A stretch of DNA of 63,817 nucleotides, filler included. It is 7 parts of 7 records of this genome, joined end to end, with 100 filler letters (N's around TTAATTAATTAA, not from the genome) between each part and the next. Parts side by side here need not be neighbours in the genome. Positions count along the whole stretch, not along the records: positions 1 to 10,750 come from SRR20825019_2952; 6 more parts are not named here. One strand, given 5' to 3'. The notes below the pieces were generated by a model. It was not told the origin of the DNA and did no database searches. It worked only from the letters and a program-made list of their open reading frames with translations. Shown one piece after another: positions 1-10,197 of the stretch (the first letter of the stretch is position 1; each line of letters opens with the position of its first letter). The position numbers and the translations under genes are program-made.

Positions 1-178
1 CGTTCAGAGCAAGCGGAGAATGAGACGAACCTCAGATTCGGGTGACTGGCCCGTATGGACTCCGAGCCTGCCCGTTCCCGGCTCTGGAGTTCATGCATAG
101 CGCCCCGGATTTCCCGGGGGCTATGGTGTCAGTGGAAATCAGCGCTGCACGAAGTCCTGGCGCGCAGTCGATGCGCTG

Positions 179-1063
179 TTACAGCCCGTATCGCGCCAAT
201 ATGGCTTCTATCGCCCTGTCCTGTTCCGGGGCCGGCAACAGCGCCGGCTGGCGGGAAAGGCCGACGGAAGAATCACGCAGAAACAGTGCGCGCTTGACGA
301 GTGCGGGCGGATAACCGAGCTTGTAAAGGTCGGTTCTGAACGCGGTGAAGGTTTCCTGTGCGCTGGCTGCCCCCTCCTCGTCACCGGCATTGACCCCGGA
401 AACGATCCTGGCGAGCACCTCCGGCATGACGTTGCCGAGCCCGGAGATGCAGCCTTTGGCCCCGTTCTCCAGCGCCCAGTGCACCAGTTGATCGGGCCCG
501 GAATAGACATCGAAACCGTCAATTGAGCGTCCAACCTCCATATAGGATTCAAGCGTTTCCTGCGCACCGCCGGAATCCTTGATCCCCGCGATATTGCCAT
601 GGGTTGCCAGCCTGCGGGCGGTTTCAGGTTCGATATGGTTCTGGGTGCGTGCCGGGATGTCATAGAGGTAGACCGACGTTTCAACCGCGTCGGCAACTGT
701 GGTGAAATGACGCTCGAGACCGTCCTGCGTACAGGCGATGAAGAAGGGCGTGATGACGGCGATGCCGTCGACGCCGATACGGTCGAATTCGCGGGCGAGC
801 TTTACCGTTTCAAATGTCGCGGGCATCCCGGCATTGACGATCACCCGGGCCTTGCCGCCAACCTCATCGACCACTTCGCCGCAAAGCCGCACCTTTTCGT
901 CGAAGGTCAGCGCGGAAAAATCGCCGTTGGTTCCGGCACACATGATGTTGTTGCCTGCGGCGACCTGACGGCGCACCTGCGCCCGCGTGGCTTCGTAATT
1001 GATGGTTTCGTCGTCGTTGAAACAGGTAACCAGCGCGACGAACGCTTCTTTCTTGCCAGTCAT
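179..1063 (-). CDS. Dihydrodipicolinate synthase/N-acetylneuraminate lyase family (class I aldolase)
   Basis: 294 aa; GTNGD carboxylate-binding loop, YDIP, GIKDSGG with the Schiff-base Lys. Confidence 0.9.
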   Translation of the reverse strand: MTGKKEAFVALVTCFNDDETINYEATRAQVRRQVAAGNNIMCAGTNGDFSALTFDEKVRLCGEVVDEVGGKARVIVNAGMPATFETVKLAREFDRIGVDGIAVITPFFIACTQDGLERHFTTVADAVETSVYLYDIPARTQNHIEPETARRLATHGNIAGIKDSGGAQETLESYMEVGRSIDGFDVYSGPDQLVHWALENGAKGCISGLGNVMPEVLARIVSGVNAGDEEGAASAQETFTAFRTDLYKLGYPPALVKRALFLRDSSVGLSRQPALLPAPEQDRAIEAILARYGL

Positions 1064-1072
1064 TCTTCCTCC

Positions 1073-2047
1073 TCAGCCGCGTGCGGCGGTCCCCATTTTC
1101 GCTGCATAATCAAGCGCTGCGAGCATATTGACGTGATTGGCCTTGCCCGTACCTGCGATGTCGAAGGCCGTGCCGTGATCGACCGAGCACCGGTCAATCG
1201 GCAGGCCCAGAGATACATTCACCGCTGAATCGAACGCGACGAGCTTTATCGGAATATGCCCCTGATCGTGGTACTGGGCGATGACCAGATCGAAAGCGCC
1301 GCTGTAAGCCCGGTAATAGACGGTATCGGCGGAGATAGGGCCTTCCACATTGATACCATCGGCCGTTGCCGCTGCGACGGCAGGCGCAATCTTCTCGTCA
1401 TCCTCCCGGCCGAAAAGGCCGTTCTCGCCGCAATGGGGGTTGATGCCCGCCACAGCGATGCGCGGTGCTTCAAGCCCCATGCGTTGGAGGTGTCTGTGGC
1501 CGGTACGGATGGTTTCCAGAACACGTTCCGTCGTTGCCCTGCCGATCGCGTCTTTCAGCGAAACATGGGTCGAGACGTGAACGACATTCAGCTGCTCCGA
1601 AGCCAGCAGCATCCATGAGGATTTTGAGCCTGTCAGGTGCGCCAACATGCCGGTGTGACCGTCATAATGGTGGCCTGCGGCATTGAGTGCCGCCTTGTTG
1701 ATGGGCGCGGTAACGATGCACGACGCTTGATCGCTCATGGTCAGGTCCACGGCCCGGGCGATATAGCGGTAGGAAGCCTCGCCACAAGCCGGGTCCAGAA
1801 CACCGAAGGTATCCGGCAGCCCGTCAACGGGAACATGTTCGACACGGATGCCGTCCCCTTCTTCGTCGGGCGCGAGTACCGGCAGGTCGATGCCGCAGAC
1901 CGCAGCAGCACGAATCATGGTCGACCGGTCACCGATAACGCGGACCTTCCGGCGCAATGCGCTATCCCGCCCGGCAAGCGCCCTGACGGTCACTTCCGCA
2001 CCGACTCCGGAGGGATCCCCCATGGTGATGACGATTGGTTGCTTCAT
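1073..2047 (-). CDS. pdxA: PdxA-family dehydrogenase (PdxA2-type, threonate/erythronate 4-phosphate dehydrogenase-like)
   Basis: [33 protein letters not shown] and [12 protein letters not shown] motifs; next to a DUF1537 kinase. Confidence 0.93.
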   Translation of the reverse strand: MKQPIVITMGDPSGVGAEVTVRALAGRDSALRRKVRVIGDRSTMIRAAAVCGIDLPVLAPDEEGDGIRVEHVPVDGLPDTFGVLDPACGEASYRYIARAVDLTMSDQASCIVTAPINKAALNAAGHHYDGHTGMLAHLTGSKSSWMLLASEQLNVVHVSTHVSLKDAIGRATTERVLETIRTGHRHLQRMGLEAPRIAVAGINPHCGENGLFGREDDEKIAPAVAAATADGINVEGPISADTVYYRAYSGAFDLVIAQYHDQGHIPIKLVAFDSAVNVSLGLPIDRCSVDHGTAFDIAGTGKANHVNMLAALDYAAKMGTAARG

Positions 2048-2212
2048 GAAGGCCTCCCGATAGCGACGTATTTTGCATCTATTAACCTATAGGTAAATGG
2101 GTTTCAATAACCTTTGTTGAATTTGGCAAATCTAATAATTTTATCTTGTATTTTCTTCATTTTTTCTCGAGTAATTGAGACGTAATAATAATTACAACAT
2201 TGGGAGACAACT

Positions 2213-3289
2213 GTGCCGCCAAGCGTTTTGATCATTGCCGATGACCTGACCGGCGCGCTGGATTCGAGCGTTGCCTTTGCAGGGCCGGGGTGCGTCGTTC
2301 TGGTGGCGCGCAATGTCGAGGCGGTGCCTGACCTTCTGGCCTGGGCTCCGGATGTCCTTGTCATCAATACGGCGAGCCGGGAGTGCAGCGCGGGCGAGGC
2401 GGCAAAGCGTATGGAACTGGCCCTCTCTCTTCTGCCTCTGGCCGGGATACCGCTCATCATGAAGAAGGTCGACTCCCGCCTCAAGGGAAATATCGCCGCC
2501 GAAATGACGGTGCTGGCCGCGGCTTCCGGCGCACGCCGCACGGTCGCCGCCCCGGCGATACCATCCATGGGACGGCGTGTATCGGACGGCAGGCTGAACG
2601 GAGACGGCATCACACAGCCTATCGATGTGGCATCCCGCATCGGGATGGCGGCCGAAATACCGGATGTTGAAAGCGAGGGTGATCTTGACCGGCTTGCGGG
2701 ACGGAAAGGTTCTGGCGTGCTCTGGGTCGGTGCCCGCGACCTTGCCTTTGCGCTGGCGCGGACATTTCACTCCGCCTCCCCTGATGCGTCGCTTTTCCGG
2801 CTTGCGGCCCCGCTGATGATCGTCAACGGATCGCGCGACCCGATCACCACCGCGCAGATTGAACGCCTTGGGGCACAAACATCCGTCCTTGAAGCGCCGG
2901 ATGGAGCGGTTCCGGCACCTGCCAGGGCGCATCTGCCGCTTGTCGTGTCGATCAGCGACGGCGGCGGCGGGCTTTCGGGCGAGGTTGCCGGTGCCCGGTT
3001 TTGTGAAGGAGTCAGCCGTCTTGCACAAAGGCTCAAACCGCAATCCCTGATGATCTGCGGCGGAGAGAGTTGCAACGGCATACTCGACCGTCTGGAAATA
3101 CAAAGTTTACAAGTGAGCGGCGAGTTGCGCCCGGGTCTGCCGGTCAGCCGTGCCGCCGCACCTTGGGGAAATTTACAACTCGTGACAAAGTCGGGTGGTT
3201 TTGGTACGCCGTCTCTTCTCGCTGAGCTTTTCGCCGAAGCGATGTCATGCGGCGGTACAAGTGCCGGGGACAAAGAGGATATTCGATGA
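2213..3289 (+). CDS. Four-carbon acid-sugar kinase family (DUF1537)
   Basis: IIADDLTGALD, KKVDSRLKGN, CGGE and VTKSGGFG motifs; GTG start after GGGAG. Confidence 0.9.
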   Translation: MPPSVLIIADDLTGALDSSVAFAGPGCVVLVARNVEAVPDLLAWAPDVLVINTASRECSAGEAAKRMELALSLLPLAGIPLIMKKVDSRLKGNIAAEMTVLAAASGARRTVAAPAIPSMGRRVSDGRLNGDGITQPIDVASRIGMAAEIPDVESEGDLDRLAGRKGSGVLWVGARDLAFALARTFHSASPDASLFRLAAPLMIVNGSRDPITTAQIERLGAQTSVLEAPDGAVPAPARAHLPLVVSISDGGGGLSGEVAGARFCEGVSRLAQRLKPQSLMICGGESCNGILDRLEIQSLQVSGELRPGLPVSRAAAPWGNLQLVTKSGGFGTPSLLAELFAEAMSCGGTSAGDKEDIR

Positions 3290-4026
3290 CCGACAATGCG
3301 AGCACTGAAGAAGATCGTGGCACGCCACCCCGGCGCACCTCGCTGTCAGACAAGGTCTATGAGGCATTGCGCGGGCGGATCATGCGCGGCGATTACGGTG
3401 CAAATGAAAAACTTCCGGCTGAGAAGGATCTTTCGATCAAATTCGGCGTATCGCGCCCGGTTTTGCGCGTTGCTCTTGAACGATTGAGAGATGAGCGGTT
3501 GATCTATTCACGGCAAGGTGCGGGTAATTTCGTCCGGGTTAAACGCGAAACGGCACTTGGCTATACGCCGGTGGAAACCATTGCCGATATCCAGCGCTGT
3601 TACGAGTTCCGCCTCACCGTTGAGACTGACGCTGCAGCCCTTGCTGCGCTCCGGCGCAATGATGCCGTGCTTGGAGAGATGGAGCGGGCCCTGCACCTTC
3701 TGTCGGATGCGACCGGACAGCAGCTTCACCGCGAGGATGCCGATTTTGCTTTTCACCAGTCCGTCGCTCAGGCCACAAACAACCAGTATTACGAGGAAAC
3801 GCTGAAAGCGCTTCGCGATCATATCTATGTCGGCATGAAGCTGCATGGGGAGACGCTGGTGTCCGATGGAGCGTGGGCGCTGGAGGAAGTGCTGGCCGAA
3901 CACAAGGCAATCTATACCGCCATTATGGAGCGCTCACCGGATGCCGCCCGTGCCGCGATGCGCGCCCATATCGAGCATTCGCGCGATCGATTGTTCGGTG
4001 GGGGCCTGTTTGATCTTTCGCTTTGA
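3286..4026 (+). CDS. GntR/FadR-family transcriptional regulator
   Basis: Winged HTH LPAEKDLSIKFGVSRPVLR...SRQGAGNFV; FCD domain DFAFH; ATGA overlap with the kinase stop. Confidence 0.93.
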   Translation: MTDNASTEEDRGTPPRRTSLSDKVYEALRGRIMRGDYGANEKLPAEKDLSIKFGVSRPVLRVALERLRDERLIYSRQGAGNFVRVKRETALGYTPVETIADIQRCYEFRLTVETDAAALAALRRNDAVLGEMERALHLLSDATGQQLHREDADFAFHQSVAQATNNQYYEETLKALRDHIYVGMKLHGETLVSDGAWALEEVLAEHKAIYTAIMERSPDAARAAMRAHIEHSRDRLFGGGLFDLSL

Positions 4027-4097
4027 TCTGACGCCCAAAGTGGCGGCAGATCCATTGTGAAGGCGGCTGAAAGCCAGGGCTGAACAGGTAGTCAGGC

Positions 4098-5222
4098 TTA
4101 AAAGGCACTTCGGTAAATCGCGTGAACATCTTCGACCGACATGTCACGCGGATTGTTGTCCATCAGTCTGCGAATAGCATGGGCTTCTTCCGCCCACTGC
4201 CTGAGAGTCGTCTCATCTGCCCCATGGGCATGAAGGCGCATTTCAACACCGAGACCTTGACAGAAGGCATAGGCCGAGCGGTGCACATCCTCCGGTGTTT
4301 TTGCATCGGCAAGGCCGAGCGCGTGCATGATTTCGCTTGTCTTGCCGGCTGCCACCGGCTGGTTAAAGGCCAGCACATGCGGAAAAATGATGGCATTGGC
4401 CAGTCCGTGGGGCAGATTGAGGCGTGTGCCGAGCGGATAGGACAGCGCGTGCCCGGCAGCCGTATTGACTGGACCGAGACAGATGCCGCCATAATAGGAG
4501 GCGAGCATCATGCCGGCCCTCGCCTCCGCATCGCTGCCGTTTTCAACGGCGCGGCTCAGATATTTGCCGACAAGGCCGATGCCGAGCCTGGCATAGCCGT
4601 CGATCAGGTCATGGGCCTTGAGGTTGGTGAAGGCCTCGACGCAATGGGCCAGCGCATCGACGCCCGTTGCCGCGGTGACTGCGGGTGGCACGGAATAGGT
4701 CAGTTCAGGGTCGAGGATGGCGATATCGGCCAGCAAAAACGGACTTTCGACCGCCAGTTTCGACTTCGTCTCCGGATCGGTCAGAAGCGCCCGGATACCG
4801 GCTTCAGAGCCGGTTCCGGCTGTCGTCGCGACCTGCGCAAGTGGTGTGCGCCTGCCTGAAACCCTGTTCGGCCCGACGACATCACGGATCGACTGATCCC
4901 CGTCCCAAAGAGCCGCGGTCAGCTTGGCAATATCAAGAACCGAGCCGCCGCCAAGCCCCACGACGAGATCGGGGGCATGGGCGCGGGCTGCCTCCAGAAC
5001 CGCCTCGAAAGCCGGAACATCCGGCTCCGGCGGTGCTTCGGTGAAAACCCGGACATTACCCGGCAGGTTAAGGCGTTCGACATATTGCGCTGTCGGCCCG
5101 CCTGCGATCACAAAGGGGCGTTTCGCAGTCCTGGCCCAGTCTCCGAGTTTTGCTGCCGTGCCGACACCGGCTTCCAGCCTCCCGGGCTGATGGAGCGTGA
5201 TCGGGCGATCCATGTTACTCAT
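4098..5222 (-). CDS. Iron-containing alcohol dehydrogenase
   Basis: GGGSVLD, TTAGTGSE, DALAHCVEAF, GHALSY and PHG metal-ligand motifs; AGGAG before the ATG at 5222. Confidence 0.92.
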   Translation of the reverse strand: MSNMDRPITLHQPGRLEAGVGTAAKLGDWARTAKRPFVIAGGPTAQYVERLNLPGNVRVFTEAPPEPDVPAFEAVLEAARAHAPDLVVGLGGGSVLDIAKLTAALWDGDQSIRDVVGPNRVSGRRTPLAQVATTAGTGSEAGIRALLTDPETKSKLAVESPFLLADIAILDPELTYSVPPAVTAATGVDALAHCVEAFTNLKAHDLIDGYARLGIGLVGKYLSRAVENGSDAEARAGMMLASYYGGICLGPVNTAAGHALSYPLGTRLNLPHGLANAIIFPHVLAFNQPVAAGKTSEIMHALGLADAKTPEDVHRSAYAFCQGLGVEMRLHAHGADETTLRQWAEEAHAIRRLMDNNPRDMSVEDVHAIYRSAF

Positions 5223-5233
5223 TTTTTCTCCTT

Positions 5234-6424
5234 TCACGTCCGGCGGTCTGAAAGCTGAGCCAGAAGCCCTGCGACGGTTGCAGCATCAAGCTGAACATAC
5301 CGGATGGCCCGGCGGTAAAGCGTGTAGGCGATATCGAGCCCGCCATCCTCGCGCGGCAGCACAACCGGATAGGAAAGCTCCCTGTTTTTGCCGTCGAGCG
5401 AGTTGTTGGTCAGGCAGGTGCCGGAGCTTTCTTCAATGGTGTAGCGCACTGGAAAGCTCTTGCCATGATCGCCGGAAAGACAGAGCGTGAGCGGCGCGCG
5501 TTCGACACCCCAAACCGGCTTGCATCCTTCGGCCGCTTCGGGGCGGGTGTCTTCCTCTTCCAGTTCATCATAAAGCGAGGTGCGGCGTGCGTTCGACTGT
5601 GCGGCCGAGACGGGATTGCACACCAGAGCCACAACACCGCTTTCAAGGCGTACGGCATTGATGGAACTGTTATTGTTCGGCACATCTGTCGGTGCAGGCT
5701 GGCTCCAGCTTCGCCCGCCGTCACGACTTTCCGAGCGGTGCACGAAGTCGGCCTGGCGGCGGCGGTAAAGCGCAATCATTTCAGCATCTTCTGTGCGAAG
5801 CGGCGTCATGTGAACAGCACCGGCGGAGCCCGGAACATCGACAACATCAAAGCTTTGTCCGCCGTTAGAGCTTACGCCAAGTGCCGCGGTATCGAAGGCG
5901 CCGGTCCAGCGGATGCCCGGGCGGGGATTGCAGCGAAACAGCGGCAGGCACCAGGCGCCGTCATCTCTGACAAAAGGTGCCGCTCGAATGAAAGTGCCCG
6001 GGGGCAAACCGGTGTCTCGTTTCTCACCGGCGACCAGGTGATCGCCATCAACCTCGAGCCTGCGCACAAAAACCCGCGATTCATCCTGATTGCCGGCAGG
6101 CTGAGCGGTATTGAAGAGGAGAATGTCATTATCCGGCGTAACGAAGATGACAGGGTTTTGCTCTGACCTGTCGGGATCGCCGGTCAAACGTATTGCCGGG
6201 CCCCACTGGTCTTTGCCGGGGCTGAGCAGGGCTGCGTAGATCGAAATATCGGACTTGCCTTCAAGTGTGCCGCCGAACCAGCCGCAGACCAGGTGACCGT
6301 CCGGCAGACGCGCCAGAAAGGCGGCATGGTTCTGTACCGTCGGCGCAGGCAGCACAGCTTGTCTGCCGTCTGGCCGTGCTTCAAATTTCCCCGTCATCTT
6401 CCGGGCTATTTCCTCCGGCGACAT
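5234..6424 (-). CDS. BNR/Asp-box beta-propeller protein (sialidase-like fold), apparently cytoplasmic
   Basis: Asp boxes SSNGGQSF, SRDGGRSW, SGDHGKSF; C-terminal SYP; GGAGG before the ATG at 6424; no signal peptide. Confidence 0.85.
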   Translation of the reverse strand: MSPEEIARKMTGKFEARPDGRQAVLPAPTVQNHAAFLARLPDGHLVCGWFGGTLEGKSDISIYAALLSPGKDQWGPAIRLTGDPDRSEQNPVIFVTPDNDILLFNTAQPAGNQDESRVFVRRLEVDGDHLVAGEKRDTGLPPGTFIRAAPFVRDDGAWCLPLFRCNPRPGIRWTGAFDTAALGVSSNGGQSFDVVDVPGSAGAVHMTPLRTEDAEMIALYRRRQADFVHRSESRDGGRSWSQPAPTDVPNNNSSINAVRLESGVVALVCNPVSAAQSNARRTSLYDELEEEDTRPEAAEGCKPVWGVERAPLTLCLSGDHGKSFPVRYTIEESSGTCLTNNSLDGKNRELSYPVVLPREDGGLDIAYTLYRRAIRYVQLDAATVAGLLAQLSDRRT

Positions 6425-6599
6425 GCACTGTTCCTCCAACTCGATAATCGCTGTAAAAAACAGGCATCCAAACAAGTTGTCAAGTTGAACATTTTCGAAA
6501 CTCTAATGAATGTCTAGGCAGAAAAATAATAAAAATATTTAATTTCAGTATGTTGGTGCAATGAGAAATTTTATGTTTTGTTTTTTTGCAAGAAGGTGT

Positions 6600-6628
6600 T
6601 TGACATTGTTTATCAAGTTTACCAATAT
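6600..6628 (+). promoter_or_regulatory. Candidate sigma70 promoter of the ABC operon
   Basis: TTGACA-N17-CAATAT in an AT-rich divergent intergenic region. Confidence 0.45.
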
Positions 6629-6760
6629 TGTCTGGCACCTGCGCGGCGTGGAGGCCGGGCACGTACTGTCAACAGGCGACACCGGACATTTTTTTCGCGC
6701 ATGCAGCGGCGCGATTGCCTGAACGACGATATGCTGCGACGTTCCTGGAGGAGGAAAACA

Positions 6761-8260
6761 ATGAAACACAAGACCTTGCTTGCCGGGCTTTTTCTGGCAA
6801 CGTCACTGACGCCAGCCTACGCGCAGGAGGAAAAGTCGGTCACGGTCGTGCTGGCGGAAGAGCCGGATCTGGTCGAGCCTTGCATGGCGACCCGCTCAAA
6901 TATCGGGCGCATCGTGCTTCAGAACATTTCCGAGACGCTGACAGAACTCGACGTTCGCGGCGACGAGGGGCTGAAGCCGCGCCTGGCGGAAAGCTGGGAA
7001 ATGACCGATGACAACACCTGGCGTTTTCATCTTCGCGAGGGTGTGAGTTTTTCTGATGGCTCATCCTTCGATGCGGAGGATGTCAAACATTCCTTCGACC
7101 GTGCACAGAGCGACCAGATCGTCTGCGAGATTTCGCGTTATTATGACGGCATCACGATTACGCCGTCGGTTGTCGACGAACACACCATCGATTTCACGAC
7201 CGAGCCCGCGCAGCCTATCCTGCCGCTACTGCTTTCGCTCCTGACCATCGTACCGTCGGAAACACCGATCGAGTTCACGCGCGATCCGGTTGGCACCGGC
7301 CCTTACGTTCTTTCCGACTGGACACCCGGCCAGAGCATCACGCTGGAACGCCGCGATGACTACTGGGGCGACGCTCCGGCGGTGGAAACGGCGGACTATG
7401 TGTTCAGAACCGATGCTGCCGTGCGCGCCGCCATGGTGGAAACCGGCGAAGCCGATATTGCGCCTTCGATTTCTGCGATTGATGCGACGACCGATCTCGA
7501 CCACGCTTATCCGAACTCGGAAACCACCTATCTTCGGATCGATCATTCCGTGCCGCCGCTTTCCGACAAACGCGTCCGCGAGGCACTGAACATCGCCATT
7601 GATCGGGAAGCCTTCGTCGGCACCATCCTGCCCGAGGGGGCGCAGATCGCCACGGCAATCAATGTTCCGACAACGCTTGGCTGGAACCCGGACACCGAGG
7701 CCTGGCCCTATGATCCGGACCGAGCGCGCCAGTTACTTGAAGAAGCCGCAGCCGACGGTGTTCCGGTGGATACCGAGATCCTGCTCGTCGGCCGCACCGG
7801 AAACTTCCCCGGCGCCACCGAGTTCTATGAGGCCATCACCAGCATGTTGACGGAGGCCGGCTTCAACGCGAAGCTGCAGATGGTCGAGGTGGCAGAGCAC
7901 GAACAATATTACTCAAAGCCCTTTGTTGATGATCGCGGCCCGATCCTTGTCGGCGCGCAGCATGACAATTCACGCGGCGATCCGGTGTTCTCGATGTTCT
8001 TCAAATATCATTCGGAGGGCCGTCAGTCGGGCATTGCGGATGCGCAGGCCGACACGCTGATCGAGGAAGCAACCGCGGCAACCGGTGAGCAGCGTGAGGC
8101 GCTGTGGTCGGAACTCTTCGGCTATCTGCATGATGATGTGGTTGCGGATGTTCTGCTGTTCCATATGGTCGGCTTTGCCCGTGTCGGCGAAGATGTGGAC
8201 TTTACGCCCACAATCGCGACCAACAGCCAGCTTCAACTTGCTGAAATCGGCCTGAAATAA
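6761..8260 (+). CDS. ABC transporter substrate-binding protein, family 5 (DppA/OppA-like)
   Basis: Signal peptide ending AYA; PRLAESWE...WRFHLREGVSFSDG and PVGTGPY; GGAGGAGG RBS. Confidence 0.93.
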   Translation: MKHKTLLAGLFLATSLTPAYAQEEKSVTVVLAEEPDLVEPCMATRSNIGRIVLQNISETLTELDVRGDEGLKPRLAESWEMTDDNTWRFHLREGVSFSDGSSFDAEDVKHSFDRAQSDQIVCEISRYYDGITITPSVVDEHTIDFTTEPAQPILPLLLSLLTIVPSETPIEFTRDPVGTGPYVLSDWTPGQSITLERRDDYWGDAPAVETADYVFRTDAAVRAAMVETGEADIAPSISAIDATTDLDHAYPNSETTYLRIDHSVPPLSDKRVREALNIAIDREAFVGTILPEGAQIATAINVPTTLGWNPDTEAWPYDPDRARQLLEEAAADGVPVDTEILLVGRTGNFPGATEFYEAITSMLTEAGFNAKLQMVEVAEHEQYYSKPFVDDRGPILVGAQHDNSRGDPVFSMFFKYHSEGRQSGIADAQADTLIEEATAATGEQREALWSELFGYLHDDVVADVLLFHMVGFARVGEDVDFTPTIATNSQLQLAEIGLK

Positions 8261-8276
8261 GGCCTGAGCGAATAAA

Positions 8277-8305
8277 GAGCACGCGCGGTCTTCCCGTGCG
8301 TGCTC
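8277..8305 (+). other. Intercistronic stem-loop after the SBP gene
   Basis: GAGCACGCGCGG-TCTTC-CCGTGCGTGCTC, 12-bp stem with one G-U pair. Confidence 0.6.
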
Positions 8306-8331
8306 CCCATTTTCAAGGACAAGAGAGCGCC

Positions 8332-9246
8332 ATGAAGAGAATGCTGGGAAAACGGGGGCTTACGAGCTTCGTCTCGCTGCTGGTCCTGATCGTACTCGTG
8401 TTTTTCCTGTCGCGCCTCACCGGTGATCCGGCAGCGCTTTATCTGCCCGTCGACGCCTCCGAGACGATGCGCGAGAATTTTCGCGAAATTCACGGGTTGA
8501 ATGATCCCGTGCTTGTGCAGTTCTGGCATTACGTCACTGATATTGTGCGCCTTGATTTTGGCGACAGCCTGCGAAAGGCCCGCCCGGCGATCGACGTCGT
8601 CATCGAAGCCTTTGCCTGGACGCTGCAGCTTGCCTTCATCACCATGGTGCTGGTTGCGGTCGCTGCGATCACCGTCGGCGCGATCGCGGCTTTTCATGTC
8701 GGCACGTGGTTCGACAGGGCGGCTTCCGTATTGTCGCTGATCGGCGCCTCGGCACCTGATTTCTGGGTGGCGATTGTCGGCATCGTGCTCTTTTCCGTCA
8801 ATCTTGGCTGGCTTCCAACGTCTGGCACCGGGTCTGTCTGGCATTGGGTGCTGCCGGTCTCGGTGCTGTTCATCCGACCGTTCGGGCTGATCCTGCAGAT
8901 TGTGCGCGGCTCGATGATCAACGCGCTCGGCTCTGCCTATGTGAAGACAGCAAGAGCCAAGGGCGTCAAGAACCGGCCGATCATTTTTGTTCACGCGCTG
9001 CGCAATGCCATGCTGCCGGTGATCACCGTGATTGGCGATCAGGCGGCGGCGCTTTTGAACGGCGCGGTTGTGGTGGAAACAATTTTCGGCTTTCCCGGCG
9101 TCGGCAAGCTGATGATCGATTCCATCCTTCAGCGCGATTTCAACGTGATTCTGGCCGCCATCATGGTCACGGCGATCGCGATCTTCATCATGAACCTGCT
9201 GATTGATCTTGCCTATGCCGTGCTTGATCCACGTATTCGAACCTGA
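8332..9246 (+). CDS. ABC permease (DppB-like)
   Basis: TARAKG, HALRNA, VVETIFGFPGVG, ends LDPRIR. Confidence 0.93.
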   Translation: MKRMLGKRGLTSFVSLLVLIVLVFFLSRLTGDPAALYLPVDASETMRENFREIHGLNDPVLVQFWHYVTDIVRLDFGDSLRKARPAIDVVIEAFAWTLQLAFITMVLVAVAAITVGAIAAFHVGTWFDRAASVLSLIGASAPDFWVAIVGIVLFSVNLGWLPTSGTGSVWHWVLPVSVLFIRPFGLILQIVRGSMINALGSAYVKTARAKGVKNRPIIFVHALRNAMLPVITVIGDQAAALLNGAVVVETIFGFPGVGKLMIDSILQRDFNVILAAIMVTAIAIFIMNLLIDLAYAVLDPRIRT

Positions 9247-10197
9247 GTGACGCCGATGAGTGAAACCACAACAGAGACCGGACGGGAGTATCAGGCCGTG
9301 GCCAAGCAGGAACCAGGTGTTTTCCGACGGTTTTTCAAAATGCTGCTGGCCGACAAGTTCGCCCTCGCAGCCGCGCTGTTTCTCGTTGTCATCGTCCTTT
9401 GCGCGATCCTCGGGCCGATGTTGTTTGACGGGGTTGCCTCCAGGCAGAACCTGCGTGCCCGCAATGCACCGCCTTTCGTCCTCGACCGCGGCTTTCTCTA
9501 CCTGCTCGGCGGCGATGCGCTTGGGCGGCCGCTTCTGGCCCGCATTATCGTGGCCGCACGCAACACGATGATGATTTCGGCTGGCGCGGTCGCGGCATCG
9601 TTGCTGATCGGTTCGACGCTCGGACTTATCGCCGGCTACCGCGACAAGTGGCACAGCGAAGTCATCATGCGGCTGGCCGATGTCATCATGTCGTTTCCCT
9701 CGCTGCTTCTGGCCGTCACCGTGCTTTATGTGCTGGAGCCGTCGATTGCCAATCTGGTTCTGGTGCTGGCGATCACCCGCATTCCGATCTATCTGCGCAC
9801 CACAAGGGCAGAGGTGCTGGAAGTGCGCAAACGCATGTTCGTTCAGGCAGCGCAGGTGATGGGGGCCTCCAACCTCCGCATTGTGCTGTTTCACATCCTG
9901 CCGGTGGTTCTGCCGACCCTTTTGACCATTGCGACACTCGACTTCGCGTTTGTGATGCTCGCTGAATCGGCACTCTCCTTCCTTGGCATTGGCATTCAGC
10001 CGCCGGAAATTACCTGGGGGCTTATGGTCAGTCAGGGACGCCAATACCTCACAAGTGCCTGGTGGCTTGCCTTCTGGCCGGGTCTCGCGATCATTCTGAC
10101 CACGATGTCTCTCAATCTTCTGTCGAGCTGGATGCGCATTGCGCTCAACCCGACCCAACGCTGGCGGCTGGAAATCGGAGGCAAGACCAATGGCTGA
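9247..10197 (+). CDS. ABC permease (DppC-like)
   Basis: LLGGDALGR, AESALSFLGIGIQPP, WG. Confidence 0.92.
   Translation: MTPMSETTTETGREYQAVAKQEPGVFRRFFKMLLADKFALAAALFLVVIVLCAILGPMLFDGVASRQNLRARNAPPFVLDRGFLYLLGGDALGRPLLARIIVAARNTMMISAGAVAASLLIGSTLGLIAGYRDKWHSEVIMRLADVIMSFPSLLLAVTVLYVLEPSIANLVLVLAITRIPIYLRTTRAEVLEVRKRMFVQAAQVMGASNLRIVLFHILPVVLPTLLTIATLDFAFVMLAESALSFLGIGIQPPEITWGLMVSQGRQYLTSAWWLAFWPGLAIILTTMSLNLLSSWMRIALNPTQRWRLEIGGKTNG

Noticed and set aside
55-125. Two tandem hairpins downstream of the dapA-like gene as an ncRNA
   Set aside because: Single occurrence at a contig edge; adequately explained as 3' terminator or stabilising structures.
8233-10158. Long antisense ORFs (641 aa here; also 12237-13988, 19668-21191, 24923-26401, 32807-34258)
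   Set aside because: Shadow frames of high-GC genes with clear motifs on the other strand; no recognisable domains.
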